Shown here piece after piece: positions 15,724 to 26,364 of a DNA stretch of 45,350 nucleotides. The translations under genes and the position numbers were made by a program. Numbering within the stretch: the first letter of the stretch is position 1; the number at the start of each line of letters is the position of its first letter. Location: contig JAHAWW010000040.1 of assembly GCA_018383375.1 (NCBI GenBank), positions 1-45,350 on the forward strand, in the 5' to 3' direction. This DNA comes from Prevotellamassilia sp. GTDB lineage: Bacteria > Bacteroidota > Bacteroidia > Bacteroidales > Bacteroidaceae. The notes under the pieces are model-generated. The model made no database searches and was not told the origin of the DNA. It was given only the letters and a program-made list of their open reading frames with translations.

Positions 15724-18021
15724 ATGACTGAAGAAAGAAACGCTCAACCTATCGTCACAGCCCCTCAAGGCTTCCACTCCACCGCCGACACCAAGTGGCA
15801 AAAGGCCCGGAGGCGGCAAAAGCTGACGAGGTGGCTGGCGGCAGTCATGGTGGTGGCTGTTTGGTGGGGACACTTCTTGCCCTCACGGCTCGCCGAAGAC
15901 GTCAATGCCGTTTGTCGGGTGGACATTGCCGCGTGGTATGAACTCGTCACGCCCTCGGCCGACACGCTGCGTCTCTCGCCACGCTCGCTCAGATTTACCA
16001 CGGCAGACGGAAGACTCTTCACGACCGACTCGCTGAAGTCGGGAGGCTTGTATGTGTCGGGGCAGGGCCACGTGGTGGCGCCGGCCGAAACATTCGACCG
16101 CTGGGCCGCAGTGCCCACGGCCGACAGCCTGCAACGGATATTGGCCGGAGAACTGGAGCGACTCAAGGCTGAAAGCGTAAGGCTCAAAGACCTACAGCGC
16201 GAACTGGCCTACTATGCCGCAACGCATTCAGTGGTTGACGACGGCTATAACGAGGTGATGGCACGCAAGGCCGAGACCGACAGCATAGGCCAACTCACCG
16301 ACTCGCTCATCGACCGCGTAAAGGCGCTCCAAGACGCTCGCTCGACAAGGGCACAATTGAAATTTGACATCACGGTGAGCCACGCGGTGACCATTCCCGA
16401 CACCAAGAGCGGTCAAACTGCCTTGGGCATCATCTCGGCATCGGGCCGACTGATTACCCACAACACCAACCTCTTGTTGATAGAGACAGACGGATTGCCC
16501 GCAGGAGCCGACTTTGTGGCACTCTCGCCACGCTTTGGCGGCAGAGCAGACGGCGGCCGGGCAGTCACGGTGACGGCGGCATTAGACGAAACGAAACAGG
16601 TCGTGGCCATCGACGCCGCAACGGCACACGAGCTTGACCGCGCGGCGCTGACGGGAGGGTGTGTGGCCGGACGGGGTGGTTGTTTCGGCGCCATGCTCAC
16701 CGAGAGCGACACCGTCGCGGCCGCCCAAATCAGGCAGTTCGTAGGCGCTGCGTTGGGCTATTGGCACTGGTGGTGGCTGGACGCGCAGACCACCTTCAAG
16801 CGCACACTGACCTTGACCGACGACGGTCCGGCACGCTCACAGGTGGGCCACCTCCAAACGGGCCACAACCTCGCCTCACGCTATCGGGCAGCAGAGACAT
16901 TGACCACACGCATAGACTCGCTCGGACGCTATGCCGGCTTCATGGTACAAGGTCGGCCCGAAGGCTACGGCACAATGCGCTATGCCGACGGTTCAGCCTA
17001 CACCGGAGAATGGCACAACGGACGCCGACAAGGACACGGCATGCTGACCGACTCCTCACGAACGACCTATGCCGGCACTTGGCAAGCCGACACCCTGACC
17101 GTGGGCACGATGACCACCATCGACGGCGGCGTCTATCAAGGTCGGTTCGACAGCAGCCTGAGGCCTTCGGGCCACGGGCAGTGGCGTGACAACACGGGCA
17201 CTTATGAGGGCGAATGGCTGGCAGGCAGGCGCAACGGCTTTGGATTTGCCATCACACAAGGTGCCATCGTCAAAGCCGGCGTGTGGCGAGACGATAAGTT
17301 TCGCGGCGAACAGATGATTTACACGGCCGACCGCGTCTATGGCATTGACATCTCCCGACATCAACACGAAATCAAGAAAAAAATCCACCCCATCGTCTGG
17401 GACCAACTGCGCATCGCCGACATCGACCGCGCCGGCGGACGCCGCATCAATGGCACGCAAGACTACCCCGTGAGCTTCGTCTATATCAAAGCCACTGAGG
17501 GCACCACCATCGTCAACCGCTATTATGCCGCCGATGCCGCGGCCGCACGACGACGGTCTCTGCCCGTCGGGGCCTATCACTTTTTCTCCACCCGCAGCGG
17601 CGGTGCCGCACAAGCCCGTCACTTCATCGCCAAGGCCCGTATGCAACGCGGCGACATGGCACCCGTGCTCGACGTGGAGCCCACCGACCGACAAATTGCC
17701 GCAATGGGTGGCCCGGAAGTCTTGTTCAGAGAGATGGCCGCTTGGGTGAGAATGGTCAAAGTCGCCTCGGGCACGCAGCCGGTGCTCTATCTGAGCCAAT
17801 CTTTCATTGACAAATATATGGCCAATGCGCCCAAGACGCTCACCGAGTGTCCCGTATGGATTGCCCGCTACAGTGCGTTCAAACCCTACGTGCATCTGCT
17901 GCACTGGCAACTCTCACCACGCGGCCGGGTGCGCGGCATCACGGGCGACGTCGACATCAACGTCTACAACGGCAAGCGAGAGGGCTTCATGGAATATCTC
18001 AAACAAAGCGGCGTGAAATGA
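15724..18021 (+). CDS. Membrane-anchored MORN-repeat protein with C-terminal GH25 muramidase domain
   Basis: N-terminal hydrophobic segment, coiled coil, YxGxW..GxG repeats; GIDISRHQ, YIKATEG, GAYHFF, PVLDVE, WIARY, WQ and VDIN motifs. Confidence 0.88.
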   Translation: MTEERNAQPIVTAPQGFHSTADTKWQKARRRQKLTRWLAAVMVVAVWWGHFLPSRLAEDVNAVCRVDIAAWYELVTPSADTLRLSPRSLRFTTADGRLFTTDSLKSGGLYVSGQGHVVAPAETFDRWAAVPTADSLQRILAGELERLKAESVRLKDLQRELAYYAATHSVVDDGYNEVMARKAETDSIGQLTDSLIDRVKALQDARSTRAQLKFDITVSHAVTIPDTKSGQTALGIISASGRLITHNTNLLLIETDGLPAGADFVALSPRFGGRADGGRAVTVTAALDETKQVVAIDAATAHELDRAALTGGCVAGRGGCFGAMLTESDTVAAAQIRQFVGAALGYWHWWWLDAQTTFKRTLTLTDDGPARSQVGHLQTGHNLASRYRAAETLTTRIDSLGRYAGFMVQGRPEGYGTMRYADGSAYTGEWHNGRRQGHGMLTDSSRTTYAGTWQADTLTVGTMTTIDGGVYQGRFDSSLRPSGHGQWRDNTGTYEGEWLAGRRNGFGFAITQGAIVKAGVWRDDKFRGEQMIYTADRVYGIDISRHQHEIKKKIHPIVWDQLRIADIDRAGGRRINGTQDYPVSFVYIKATEGTTIVNRYYAADAAAARRRSLPVGAYHFFSTRSGGAAQARHFIAKARMQRGDMAPVLDVEPTDRQIAAMGGPEVLFREMAAWVRMVKVASGTQPVLYLSQSFIDKYMANAPKTLTECPVWIARYSAFKPYVHLLHWQLSPRGRVRGITGDVDINVYNGKREGFMEYLKQSGVK

Positions 18022-18064
18022 AGCCATCTTCTCTTTTCTGAAAAACAAATCAAACCCTCACACC

Positions 18065-19915
18065 ATGTCCACACGACTCATTCCTCTGGAAGACTTCTTC
18101 CGCAACGCCCAAGAGGCGGCCTACCAACTCTCTCCCGACGGCCGTTTCCTCTCATTCATGGCGCCATATAAAGACTGCATGAATGTCTTCGTCAAACCCA
18201 CCACCGGCGGCGAAGCCATACGACTCACAAGCGAAACAGAGCGCAGCATAGGCGGCTATGCCTGGGCCGACGACGACCGACTGGTCTATGTCAAAGACCA
18301 CGGCGGCGACGAGAACTATGCGCTCTACGGCATACGTCCGGACGGGACCGACGGGCGGGCCTACACGGCTTTCGACGGCGTGAAGACCGTCATTATCGAC
18401 GACCTCGAAGAGGTGCCGGGACAAATGATTATCGGACTGAACCGACGCAACCCCGAAGTGTTCGACCCCTATCGCCTCGACCTCAACACCGGCGAGCTCA
18501 CCCTGCTGGCCGAAAATCCAGGCAACTGGCAGGGATGGACCACCGACCACCAAGGCCGATTGCGTGCCGTCACGGCCATCGAAGACGGCGTCAACACTAC
18601 CCTGCTCTATCGCCCGGACGACACAGAACCCTTCAAACCGGTCTTGACCACCAACTTCCGCGAGTCGGTGAACTTTATGGAATTTACACCCGACGACCGA
18701 CTGGTCTATGCGGCCACCAACCTGCACCGCGACAAAGTGGCGCTCGTCTTGATGGACCCGGCAGACTGCAGCGAAATCGAACCGCTCTATGAACATCCAC
18801 GCTATGACATTTCGAGCATCACCTATTCACGACGACGCAAAAAACTCTTGGCCGTCTATGTCACGGGGCACAAGGAGCCCATACGCCACTATTTCGACGA
18901 CGAAGAGCGACAACTGCGCGAACGCATACAAGCCCATTTCCCCGGACGACGGTATGGCGTGGCCGACAGCAACAAGGCCGAAACATTATATATAATATAT
19001 GTGGGCGGCGACCGCACCCGGGGCAGCTATTGGCTTTATGACGCTACCACCGACAAGGCCGAGAAGATTGCCGACATTGCCCCGTGGCTACACGAAGACG
19101 AACTCTCTGAAATGCATGCCGTGAACTATACAACACGCGACGGACTCGAGATTGAGGCCTACCTCTCGCTACCCGCCGGACTCACGCCCGACACGGCCCG
19201 AGGGCTGCCGGTCGTGGTCAACCCTCACGGCGGACCATGGGCACGCGACGTCTGGGGCTACGACTCTGAAGCACAATTTCTCTGCAACCGAGGCTATGCC
19301 GTTTTTCAAATGAACTTTCGCGGTAGCACAGGCTATGGCCGGCGATTTCTCGAAGCCGGCTACGGCCAATGGGGACTGAAAATGCAAGACGACATCACCG
19401 ACGGCGTCTGCTGGCTCACAGACAAAGGCATTGCCGACCCCTCACGCATTGCCATCTATGGTGGCAGCTACGGCGGCTATGCCACTTTGGCCGGACTGGC
19501 CTTCACCCCCGACCTCTATGCCTGCGGAGTGGACTATGTGGGCGTGTCAAACCTGCTCACTTTTATGCAGACCATCCCACCCTATTGGCAGCCAATGCTG
19601 CAAATGATGTATGAACAAGTGGGCCACCCCGACCACGACCGTGAACGACTCGAAGCCACCTCGCCTGCCCTCCACGCCGACCAAATCAAAGCGCCACTCT
19701 TCGTGGCGCAAGGCGCCAACGACCCACGCGTGAACAAGGCCGAAAGCGACCAAATGGTCGAGGCACTGAGACGACGTGGCGTGGACGTGGAATATATGGT
19801 CAAAGACGACGAAGGCCACGGCTTTATGCGACAGGCCAACCGCTTCGACTTCTACCGGGCCATGGAGCGTTTTCTCGCTCGACACATCGGCACAGACGCC
19901 AACAAGCGTGACTGA
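18065..19915 (+). CDS. S9 family (prolyl oligopeptidase-like) peptidase
   Basis: PHGGPW, NFRGSTGYG, GGSYGG nucleophile, NDPRV and EGHGF motifs. Confidence 0.94.
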   Translation: MSTRLIPLEDFFRNAQEAAYQLSPDGRFLSFMAPYKDCMNVFVKPTTGGEAIRLTSETERSIGGYAWADDDRLVYVKDHGGDENYALYGIRPDGTDGRAYTAFDGVKTVIIDDLEEVPGQMIIGLNRRNPEVFDPYRLDLNTGELTLLAENPGNWQGWTTDHQGRLRAVTAIEDGVNTTLLYRPDDTEPFKPVLTTNFRESVNFMEFTPDDRLVYAATNLHRDKVALVLMDPADCSEIEPLYEHPRYDISSITYSRRRKKLLAVYVTGHKEPIRHYFDDEERQLRERIQAHFPGRRYGVADSNKAETLYIIYVGGDRTRGSYWLYDATTDKAEKIADIAPWLHEDELSEMHAVNYTTRDGLEIEAYLSLPAGLTPDTARGLPVVVNPHGGPWARDVWGYDSEAQFLCNRGYAVFQMNFRGSTGYGRRFLEAGYGQWGLKMQDDITDGVCWLTDKGIADPSRIAIYGGSYGGYATLAGLAFTPDLYACGVDYVGVSNLLTFMQTIPPYWQPMLQMMYEQVGHPDHDRERLEATSPALHADQIKAPLFVAQGANDPRVNKAESDQMVEALRRRGVDVEYMVKDDEGHGFMRQANRFDFYRAMERFLARHIGTDANKRD

Positions 19916-20012
19916 AGTGACTGAATGCTCCAATCACCATTATTCGCTGAAAATCAGCACACTTACAAGGCCGTGATTGTGTGATTGGGAAAAAGGCAAA
20001 CTTTTGGGTATA
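19908..20012 (-). repeat. CAATCAC / CTGA-N3-TCAG element, copy 2 (inverted relative to copy 1)
   Basis: Reverse complement of 12364-12471; overlaps the S9 peptidase stop codon. Confidence 0.9.
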
Positions 20013-20017
20013 TAGAA

Positions 20018-20566
20018 ATGGGCACCAAAACAATCCATTTGCATCAAAACATCAAGGGCCGTCAAGTCACGCTCAGACCATGGAGCGAGACTGATGCCGA
20101 AACGCTCTATCGTCTCGCCTCCGACCCCGAGGTGGGGCCGCGAGCCGGCTGGCTGCCTCATGGCTCCGTCGAAGAGAGCCGGCAAATCATCAAAACGCTG
20201 TTTTCAAACACCACGACCTGGGCCATTGTGTGGAACGACACAGACGAAGTGGTTGGGGCCATCGGTTACGGGCCGTCGTGCGACTGCGCCCTGCCGGCAC
20301 GTGAGGGTGAACCCACCGTAGGCTATTGGGTGGGCCGGGCGTTTTGGGGCAAAGGCTTTTGCACTGAGGCCTTGCAGCTGATGACAGACCACATACGCCA
20401 CACCACGTCAATCGCCTCTCTCATCAGCGGCCATTTTGCCGACAATACTGCCTCGGGCCGCGTGATGGAAAAATGCGGTTTCAGGCCAACGGGTGAGACT
20501 TGCACAGACCCCGGCCTCGCCACAGGCGGTGACAAGCCCATTCGCGTGTGGCGCTTAGTCTTATAA
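20018..20566 (+). CDS. GNAT (RimJ/RimL-like) N-acetyltransferase
   Basis: LRPWSETDAETLY, VGYWVGRAFWGKGFCTEA and NTASGRVMEKCGF motifs; start reassigned to ATG 20018. Confidence 0.9.
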   Translation: MGTKTIHLHQNIKGRQVTLRPWSETDAETLYRLASDPEVGPRAGWLPHGSVEESRQIIKTLFSNTTTWAIVWNDTDEVVGAIGYGPSCDCALPAREGEPTVGYWVGRAFWGKGFCTEALQLMTDHIRHTTSIASLISGHFADNTASGRVMEKCGFRPTGETCTDPGLATGGDKPIRVWRLVL

Positions 20567-20579
20567 AAATTACTGAACG

Positions 20580-20626
20580 ACGAAACCGACACGTCGCCTA
20601 AATGATGGGCAGCGTGTCGGTTTCGT
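20580..20626. terminator. Hairpin between convergent genes
   Basis: ACGAAACCGACACG ... CGTGTCGGTTTCGT, a 14-bp stem. Confidence 0.75.
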
Positions 20627-20657
20627 TATAATATTAATAGGTATAGTCCCGAGCGGG

Positions 20658-21821
20658 TCAATACACCTCAACCTTGGCAGCGAGTGCCTTGGCTTTGTCG
20701 CGCAAGGCGTCGATGTCGGCATCGGGCGCTCCGCTCACCACGACCACACCCATGCGGCGTCCCACTCGCGTAGTGGGTTTGCCAAAGATGCGCACGTCGG
20801 CATCTTCCACACACGTCTGTTCAAGACCGCGATAGCGAGGCGGTTCTTCACTGGCAATGGGCGAAAGGATGACGGCCGAAGCACCGGCTCTGAGTTGCTT
20901 GACAGGCGGAATGGGCAAACCGAGAATGGCACGCAGATGAAGTTCAAACTCGTTGAAGGGCTGAGTGCCGGCGAGAGTGACCATACCGGTGTCGTGCGGA
21001 CGGGGAGAGAGTTCGGAGAAATATACGCCGTTTTCATGGCTCAAGAAAAACTCCACACCCCAAATGCCGGCTCCGCCTAAGGCCCGCGTCACTTTGTCGG
21101 CCATTTCACGGGCAGCCTTCAGGTGGTCGTCGGAGATATGGGCCGGCTGGAAACTTTCGCGATAGTCGCCACCTTTCTGCACGTGGCCGATGGGCGGACA
21201 GAAGAGTGTGGGACCATCGGTCTGGGTGACGGTGAGCAGGGTTATCTCGCTGTCAAATTTGATGAATTCCTCCACAATGACCTCGTGGATGTCGCCACGA
21301 CTGCCCTCGATGCTGTATTGCCAGGCGTGCTCGAGGTCGGCCTCGGAGCGGAGCAGGCTTTGACCCTTGCCCGACGACGACATGAGCGGCTTGACAATGC
21401 AGGGGAAACCAATCTCAGCGGCAGCCTCCTGAAGTTCGCCGAAGGTCTTGGCATAGCGATAACGCGCGGTCTTCACGCCAAGCTCTTTGGCTGCGAGGTC
21501 GCGAATGGCCTTGCGGTTCATCGTATAGTTGACGGCACGGGCCGATGGCACCACCTTGATGCCTTCACGCTCAAAATCATAGAGGCGCTCGGTGCGTATG
21601 GCTTCAATCTCGGGTACGATGATGTCGGGACGGTGGCGACGTACGGCAGCCTCAAGGGCATCGCCGTCGAGCATTGAGAAGACTTCGGCCTCATCGGCCA
21701 CCTGCATGGCGGGCGCTCCGGGATAGGCGTCGCAAGCCACTACGTACTGCCCCAGCCGCTTGGCGGCTATGACAAACTCTTTGCCCAGCTCTCCAGAGCC
21801 GAGCAACATGATTTTTTTCAT
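20658..21821 (-). CDS. purT: Formate-dependent phosphoribosylglycinamide formyltransferase
   Basis: [49 protein letters not shown] and RRMGV motifs. Confidence 0.97.
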   Translation of the reverse strand: MKKIMLLGSGELGKEFVIAAKRLGQYVVACDAYPGAPAMQVADEAEVFSMLDGDALEAAVRRHRPDIIVPEIEAIRTERLYDFEREGIKVVPSARAVNYTMNRKAIRDLAAKELGVKTARYRYAKTFGELQEAAAEIGFPCIVKPLMSSSGKGQSLLRSEADLEHAWQYSIEGSRGDIHEVIVEEFIKFDSEITLLTVTQTDGPTLFCPPIGHVQKGGDYRESFQPAHISDDHLKAAREMADKVTRALGGAGIWGVEFFLSHENGVYFSELSPRPHDTGMVTLAGTQPFNEFELHLRAILGLPIPPVKQLRAGASAVILSPIASEEPPRYRGLEQTCVEDADVRIFGKPTTRVGRRMGVVVVSGAPDADIDALRDKAKALAAKVEVY

Positions 21822-21932
21822 AACAAAAAGAGATTTGCTTATGCGTGTTTGTTGTTACATCTGCGAAGTTACGGCAAGAAGCGTAAAGAAGCAAAATTAA
21901 AACGGGCTTTTTTACGTTTTGCTGCCCACATC

Positions 21933-22103
21933 TCAAGCCTGCGGACACAATGGGTCGGCGGTGTGAGACGGCAGACGACACGCGGCCACAAGACGGTCGA
22001 GATTGCCCACTTCGCGTTCCATTTCTTCAAGCGAGAGACGGGCAAAACGACACAGATGGTTCAACGTGGCAGCAGAAGGAGTGGCAGGGGTAGAATGTGA
22101 CAT
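21933..22103 (-). CDS. Possible small protein, 56 aa
   Basis: MSHSTPATPSAATLNHLCRFARLSLEEMEREVGNLDRLVAAC...; lies between the degP terminator and purT; no clear promoter. Confidence 0.3.
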   Translation of the reverse strand: MSHSTPATPSAATLNHLCRFARLSLEEMEREVGNLDRLVAACRLPSHTADPLCPQA

Positions 22104-22204
22104 AGGCAGGAGAGGTCGGACTAAATGATGAATAGGTTTTTGACTTATAAACGGCGGAATGTGCCATTTAGTGTGTGGAGGGGAAAGAAAAAAGACGAAG
22201 AGAC

Positions 22205-22239
22205 AAAAAAGAGAGCGGCCTCGCATTGCAAGGCCGCTC
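22205..22239 (-). terminator. degP terminator
   Basis: GAGCGGCCT..AGGCCGCTC stem followed by TCTTTTTT on the minus strand. Confidence 0.8.
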
Positions 22240-22263
22240 ATCTGCACTTTGTCTTTTGCTCTT

Positions 22264-23721
22264 TTAGTTTCTTTGCTTCTTCGTCTCTTTGTCTTTTTGC
22301 GAGAGTTCGACTGTGAAGCTACGCGGTAAGCCGCTCTGGGTTTTGGCTCTAATCCACAACACGCGCTCAGAAGACATGTTGGCTTCGCGCACGGCGGCGT
22401 CAAAGTCGTCAACGGTGCGCATCTCGCGGTCGTTGACCTTGGTGATGATGAGGCCTTTGGTGATGCCTGCTTCTTGCATCTTACCTGCCTTCACGGCGCT
22501 GACCATCAGACCGTAGCTGAGACCCAACTCTTTTTTCTCGGCATCGGTGAGCGGACGAAGGGCGGCTCCCATGGCATCGGTATCGATGGTCTCGACTGCC
22601 GAGGTGGTGCCCTGAACGTTGCGCAAGGTGACGGTGGCACGATGGGTCTTGCCATCACGCAAGTAGGTGATTTCGACTTTTTCGCCGGGACGGCGTGTGG
22701 CCACATGCTCTTGAAGTTCGCTCATCTTGTCGACACGATGACCACCAATGGCGGTGATGACGTCGCCCTCTTTGAGCACATCAGCCACAGAACCATCAGC
22801 AGAGACTTCGGCCACATAAACGCCGTTTGACGTACCGAGGTCGATGTCCTTGCCGGTCTTCTCTTTCTGCTGGTCGATATAGGTGGTGACATCGGTGCCT
22901 TTGATGCCCAAAACAGCGCGCTGCACGGTGCCATATTGCTTCAAATCGGCCACCACCTTGCTCACAATGCTCGTGGGGATGGCAAAGCCATAGCCGGCAT
23001 AAGAACCCGTCTGGGAATAAATCATGGCGTTGATGCCGACAAGCTCACCGCGGGTGTTGACAAGCGCTCCGCCCGAGTTGCCGGGATTGATGGCAGCATC
23101 GGTCTGAATGAAGCTCTCAATGCTGCCCGCACGAGCGCCAAGCCCTCTGGCCTTGGCACTGACAATGCCCGCCGTGACGGTGGAAGTGAGGCTGAAGGGA
23201 TTGCCTATGGCCAACACCCACTCACCAAGCTTGAGGTCGTCTGAACTGCCCATGGTGATGGGCTGGAGGCCTTCGGCTTCAATCTTAATGAGGGCGAGGT
23301 CGGTCTGTTCGTCTGTGCCAATGATGCGACCTTTATATTCTTTATTGTCATTGAGTTTGACCTGCAGCTCGTCGGCATTGGCCACAACGTGATTGTTGGT
23401 GACGATGTAACCATCGGCCGTAAGAATGACGCCCGAGCCGGCGCCTTGTCGTTTGGGCGTTTCTATCTGACGTTGCTGGCGGCCGCTACCTCCACGGCCG
23501 AAGAAATCGCCGAAGAAATCTTCGAAGGGGTCGGTATAGGTGACGGTTTCGCGGCGGCTGTTGGTGGTGACTTTGATGTAAACAACCGAACCGGTGGCTC
23601 GCTCGGCAGCATAGGTAAGGTCTACGGCTCCGGCAGCAGAGCGTCCCTGTGCCGAGGCTGAGGGGGCAAAAAGCAGTGCAGCCATAGCGCAGACTGCTGA
23701 AAACAAGAACTTTTTAATCAT
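22264..23721 (-). CDS. degP: Do/DegP (HtrA) family serine endopeptidase
   Basis: Signal peptide; GSGVI, TNNHVV, DLALIK and QTDAAINPGNSGGAL motifs; two PDZ domains. Confidence 0.95.
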   Translation of the reverse strand: MIKKFLFSAVCAMAALLFAPSASAQGRSAAGAVDLTYAAERATGSVVYIKVTTNSRRETVTYTDPFEDFFGDFFGRGGSGRQQRQIETPKRQGAGSGVILTADGYIVTNNHVVANADELQVKLNDNKEYKGRIIGTDEQTDLALIKIEAEGLQPITMGSSDDLKLGEWVLAIGNPFSLTSTVTAGIVSAKARGLGARAGSIESFIQTDAAINPGNSGGALVNTRGELVGINAMIYSQTGSYAGYGFAIPTSIVSKVVADLKQYGTVQRAVLGIKGTDVTTYIDQQKEKTGKDIDLGTSNGVYVAEVSADGSVADVLKEGDVITAIGGHRVDKMSELQEHVATRRPGEKVEITYLRDGKTHRATVTLRNVQGTTSAVETIDTDAMGAALRPLTDAEKKELGLSYGLMVSAVKAGKMQEAGITKGLIITKVNDREMRTVDDFDAAVREANMSSERVLWIRAKTQSGLPRSFTVELSQKDKETKKQRN

Positions 23722-24138
23722 TGTGTGTTTGTTGTATTTATTGACTAATTATATTGTTTATTTCATTGCAAAAAAGACCTTTGGCCTCTCATCCGGTGGC
23801 AGAGCCTTTGCTCAACCAACCTTCCGAAACGAAGACAAAATTAAAAGTTTTGACCGTCGGCCGGTTGTTCTTACCGCGATAAATCACCTTTTGTTCATCA
23901 TATTTAACGCTGCGCAGCGATGGCTTAACAGCACACGAGCCCGACTAAGGTTTTTTTAAGGATAGTTTGACACCCAAAGAGGCAACCGAACAAGATGACA
24001 AAAAAGGAGCAAGACGCCACAAGAGAGACGAAGAGGCGAAAAAATAAAGTTTTTTTGCCTTCTCATTATTCCTATATAAATAATAATCGATATATTCGCA
24101 GTCAAGTAACAATCTCTATCACATCAAACAAATCTGGT

Positions 24139-25209
24139 ATGAAAAAGTATAATTTCGGTGCGGGTCCGTCTATTCTCCCGCAAGAAGTGATTAAAGCCAC
24201 GGCTGAGGCTTGTGTGGATTTTGGCGGTATGGGCCTCTCGCTTATGGAAATCAGCCACCGCTCGAAAGAGTTTCAAGCCGTAATGGACGAAGCTCAGGCG
24301 CTTTTCAAAGAACTGCTCGGCATCCCCGAAGGCTACAGCGTGGTGTTTGTGGGTGGCGGTGCCAGTTTGGAATTTTGCATGGTACCCTACAACCTCTTAG
24401 CCAAAAAAGCAGCCTATCTCAATACCGGTGTATGGGCCAAAAAGGCGCTCAAAGAGGCTAAACTCTTTGGTGAAGCCGTAGAGGTGGCCTCATCTGCAGC
24501 CGACAACTATACTTACATCCCTAAAGACTACACCATTCCGGCCGATGCCGACTATTTCCATATCACGACCAACAACACCATCTACGGCACTGAACTGCAC
24601 GAAGACATCGACAGCCCCGTGCCCCTCGTGGCCGATATGTCGTCTGACATTTTCTCACGCCCCATTGACGTGAGCAAATATGCGCTCATTTATGGTGGCG
24701 CTCAGAAAAATCTTTCAATGGCCGGCGTGACTTTCGTCATTATCAAAGACGAAATCCTCGGCAAGACCGGTCGCGACATTCCCACCATGATTGACTATCG
24801 CACCCACATCGACAAGGGTTCGATGTTTAACACACCTCCCGTGGTGCCCATTTATTGCGCTCTGCAGACACTCAAATGGATTAAAGCCAACGGCGGCGTG
24901 GCCGGTATGGAGAAGAGAGCCAAAGAGCGTGCCGAACTGCTCTATGGCGAAATTGATCGCAACAAGATGTTCCGAGGCACCGTGACGGCCAAAGAAGACC
25001 GCTCGTATATGAACATCTGTTTTGTGATGGCCGACGAATACAAAGACCTCGAAGCTGAATTCTTGCAATTTGCCCAATCTAAGGGTATGTGGGGCATCAA
25101 AGGACACCGCTCTGTGGGCGGATTCCGCGCCTCTTGCTACAACGCCATGCCGCTCGAAGGCGTACAGGCACTTGTAGACTGCATGAAAGAATTTGAGGCT
25201 GCTCACTAA
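24139..25209 (+). CDS. serC: Phosphoserine aminotransferase
   Basis: YNFGAGP, EISHRS, NNTIYG, DMSSD, GGAQKN, NTPP and [11 protein letters not shown] motifs; start reassigned to MKKYNF. Confidence 0.97.
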   Translation: MKKYNFGAGPSILPQEVIKATAEACVDFGGMGLSLMEISHRSKEFQAVMDEAQALFKELLGIPEGYSVVFVGGGASLEFCMVPYNLLAKKAAYLNTGVWAKKALKEAKLFGEAVEVASSAADNYTYIPKDYTIPADADYFHITTNNTIYGTELHEDIDSPVPLVADMSSDIFSRPIDVSKYALIYGGAQKNLSMAGVTFVIIKDEILGKTGRDIPTMIDYRTHIDKGSMFNTPPVVPIYCALQTLKWIKANGGVAGMEKRAKERAELLYGEIDRNKMFRGTVTAKEDRSYMNICFVMADEYKDLEAEFLQFAQSKGMWGIKGHRSVGGFRASCYNAMPLEGVQALVDCMKEFEAAH

Positions 25210-25227
25210 TCAGCAACACCACCCTCA

Positions 25228-25278
25228 CAGAGGGGAGAAACAAAGCCTTTTCCGGCTGCTCTCCCCTCTGCCTTTTTT
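25228..25278 (+). terminator. Terminator-like hairpin between serC and serA
   Basis: CAGAGGGGAGA ... TCTCCCCTCTG followed by CCTTTTTT; large loop. Confidence 0.6.
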
Positions 25279-25356
25279 GCAATCTCAAGCCCCAGCTATT
25301 TAACTTCAAGCAAGGCAGAGAAAAGAAATCGCACGAAACTGCAATCTTCATTCCCT

Positions 25357-26280
25357 ATGAAAAAAGTACTTATTGCCACAGAGAAACCCTTTGCTCCAGT
25401 GGCCATCAAAGACATCAAAGACATATTTGACTTGGCAGGCTACGAATGTCTGCTGTTGGAGAAATACACCGACAAACAGCAACTCATCGAAGCCGTGGCC
25501 GAAGTGGACGGACTTATCGTTCGCTCCGACAAAATCGACGACGCCGTGATGGCTGCCGCACCCAATCTGAAGATTATCGTCAGAGCAGGTGCCGGATATG
25601 ATAACATCGACCTCGCCGCCGCCACCGCTCACGGCATCGTGGTGATGAACACACCGGGACAAAACGCCAACGCCGTGGCCGAACTGGTCATCGGCCTGCT
25701 CATCTATACCATCCGTAACCAATTCGACGGTTCGGCAGGCACAGAACTGATGGGCAAGAAGCTTGGATTGATGGCCTTCGGCGCCGTGGCCCAAAACCTT
25801 GGCCGCATTGCCAAAGGTATGGGTATGGACATCTCAAGCTACTCACCCCTCAACCGTCCGCAGAAAATCATCGACGCCGGATATCACGTACACGAGTCGC
25901 TCGAGGCCCTCTTCCACTACAACGACATTGTGAGCCTGCACATCCCGGCCACACCGCAGACCAAAGGTATGATTGGCTACGAAGCCATTATGCAAATGAA
26001 AAAAGGAGCCATCTTGGTCAACTCCGCACGCAAAGAAATTATTGACGAGGCCGGACTGCTTAAGGCTATGACTGAAAGAACAGACCTCAGATATGTAACC
26101 GACCTGAAACTTGACGCTCACGAAGAAGCCATCGAGAAACTGGGCAAACGCTATGTCTTCACGCCTAAAAAGATGGGCGCACAGACAGCAGAAGCCAACA
26201 TCAATGCCGGCATCGCCGCTGCCCAGCAAATCGTTGATTTCATCGAAAACGGCGTGAAAACCTTCCAGGTGAACCACTAA
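25357..26280 (+). CDS. serA: D-3-phosphoglycerate dehydrogenase (short form, no ACT domain)
   Basis: IVRSD, RAGAGYDNID, NTPGQNANAVAE, SLHIP, NSAR and TPKKMGAQTAEA motifs; adjacent to serC. Confidence 0.88.
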   Translation: MKKVLIATEKPFAPVAIKDIKDIFDLAGYECLLLEKYTDKQQLIEAVAEVDGLIVRSDKIDDAVMAAAPNLKIIVRAGAGYDNIDLAAATAHGIVVMNTPGQNANAVAELVIGLLIYTIRNQFDGSAGTELMGKKLGLMAFGAVAQNLGRIAKGMGMDISSYSPLNRPQKIIDAGYHVHESLEALFHYNDIVSLHIPATPQTKGMIGYEAIMQMKKGAILVNSARKEIIDEAGLLKAMTERTDLRYVTDLKLDAHEEAIEKLGKRYVFTPKKMGAQTAEANINAGIAAAQQIVDFIENGVKTFQVNH

Positions 26281-26364
26281 AAAGTTCTGAAGACAAGCAC
26301 TCCTTATATATATTAAAGGAATGCGTCAGCCCATTCGTATTCATCACCCAAACCGAAGACCATT

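Noticed and set aside
21822-21900. ZMP/ZTP or purine riboswitch before purT or purH
   Set aside because: Leaders are short and AT-rich with no recognisable aptamer.
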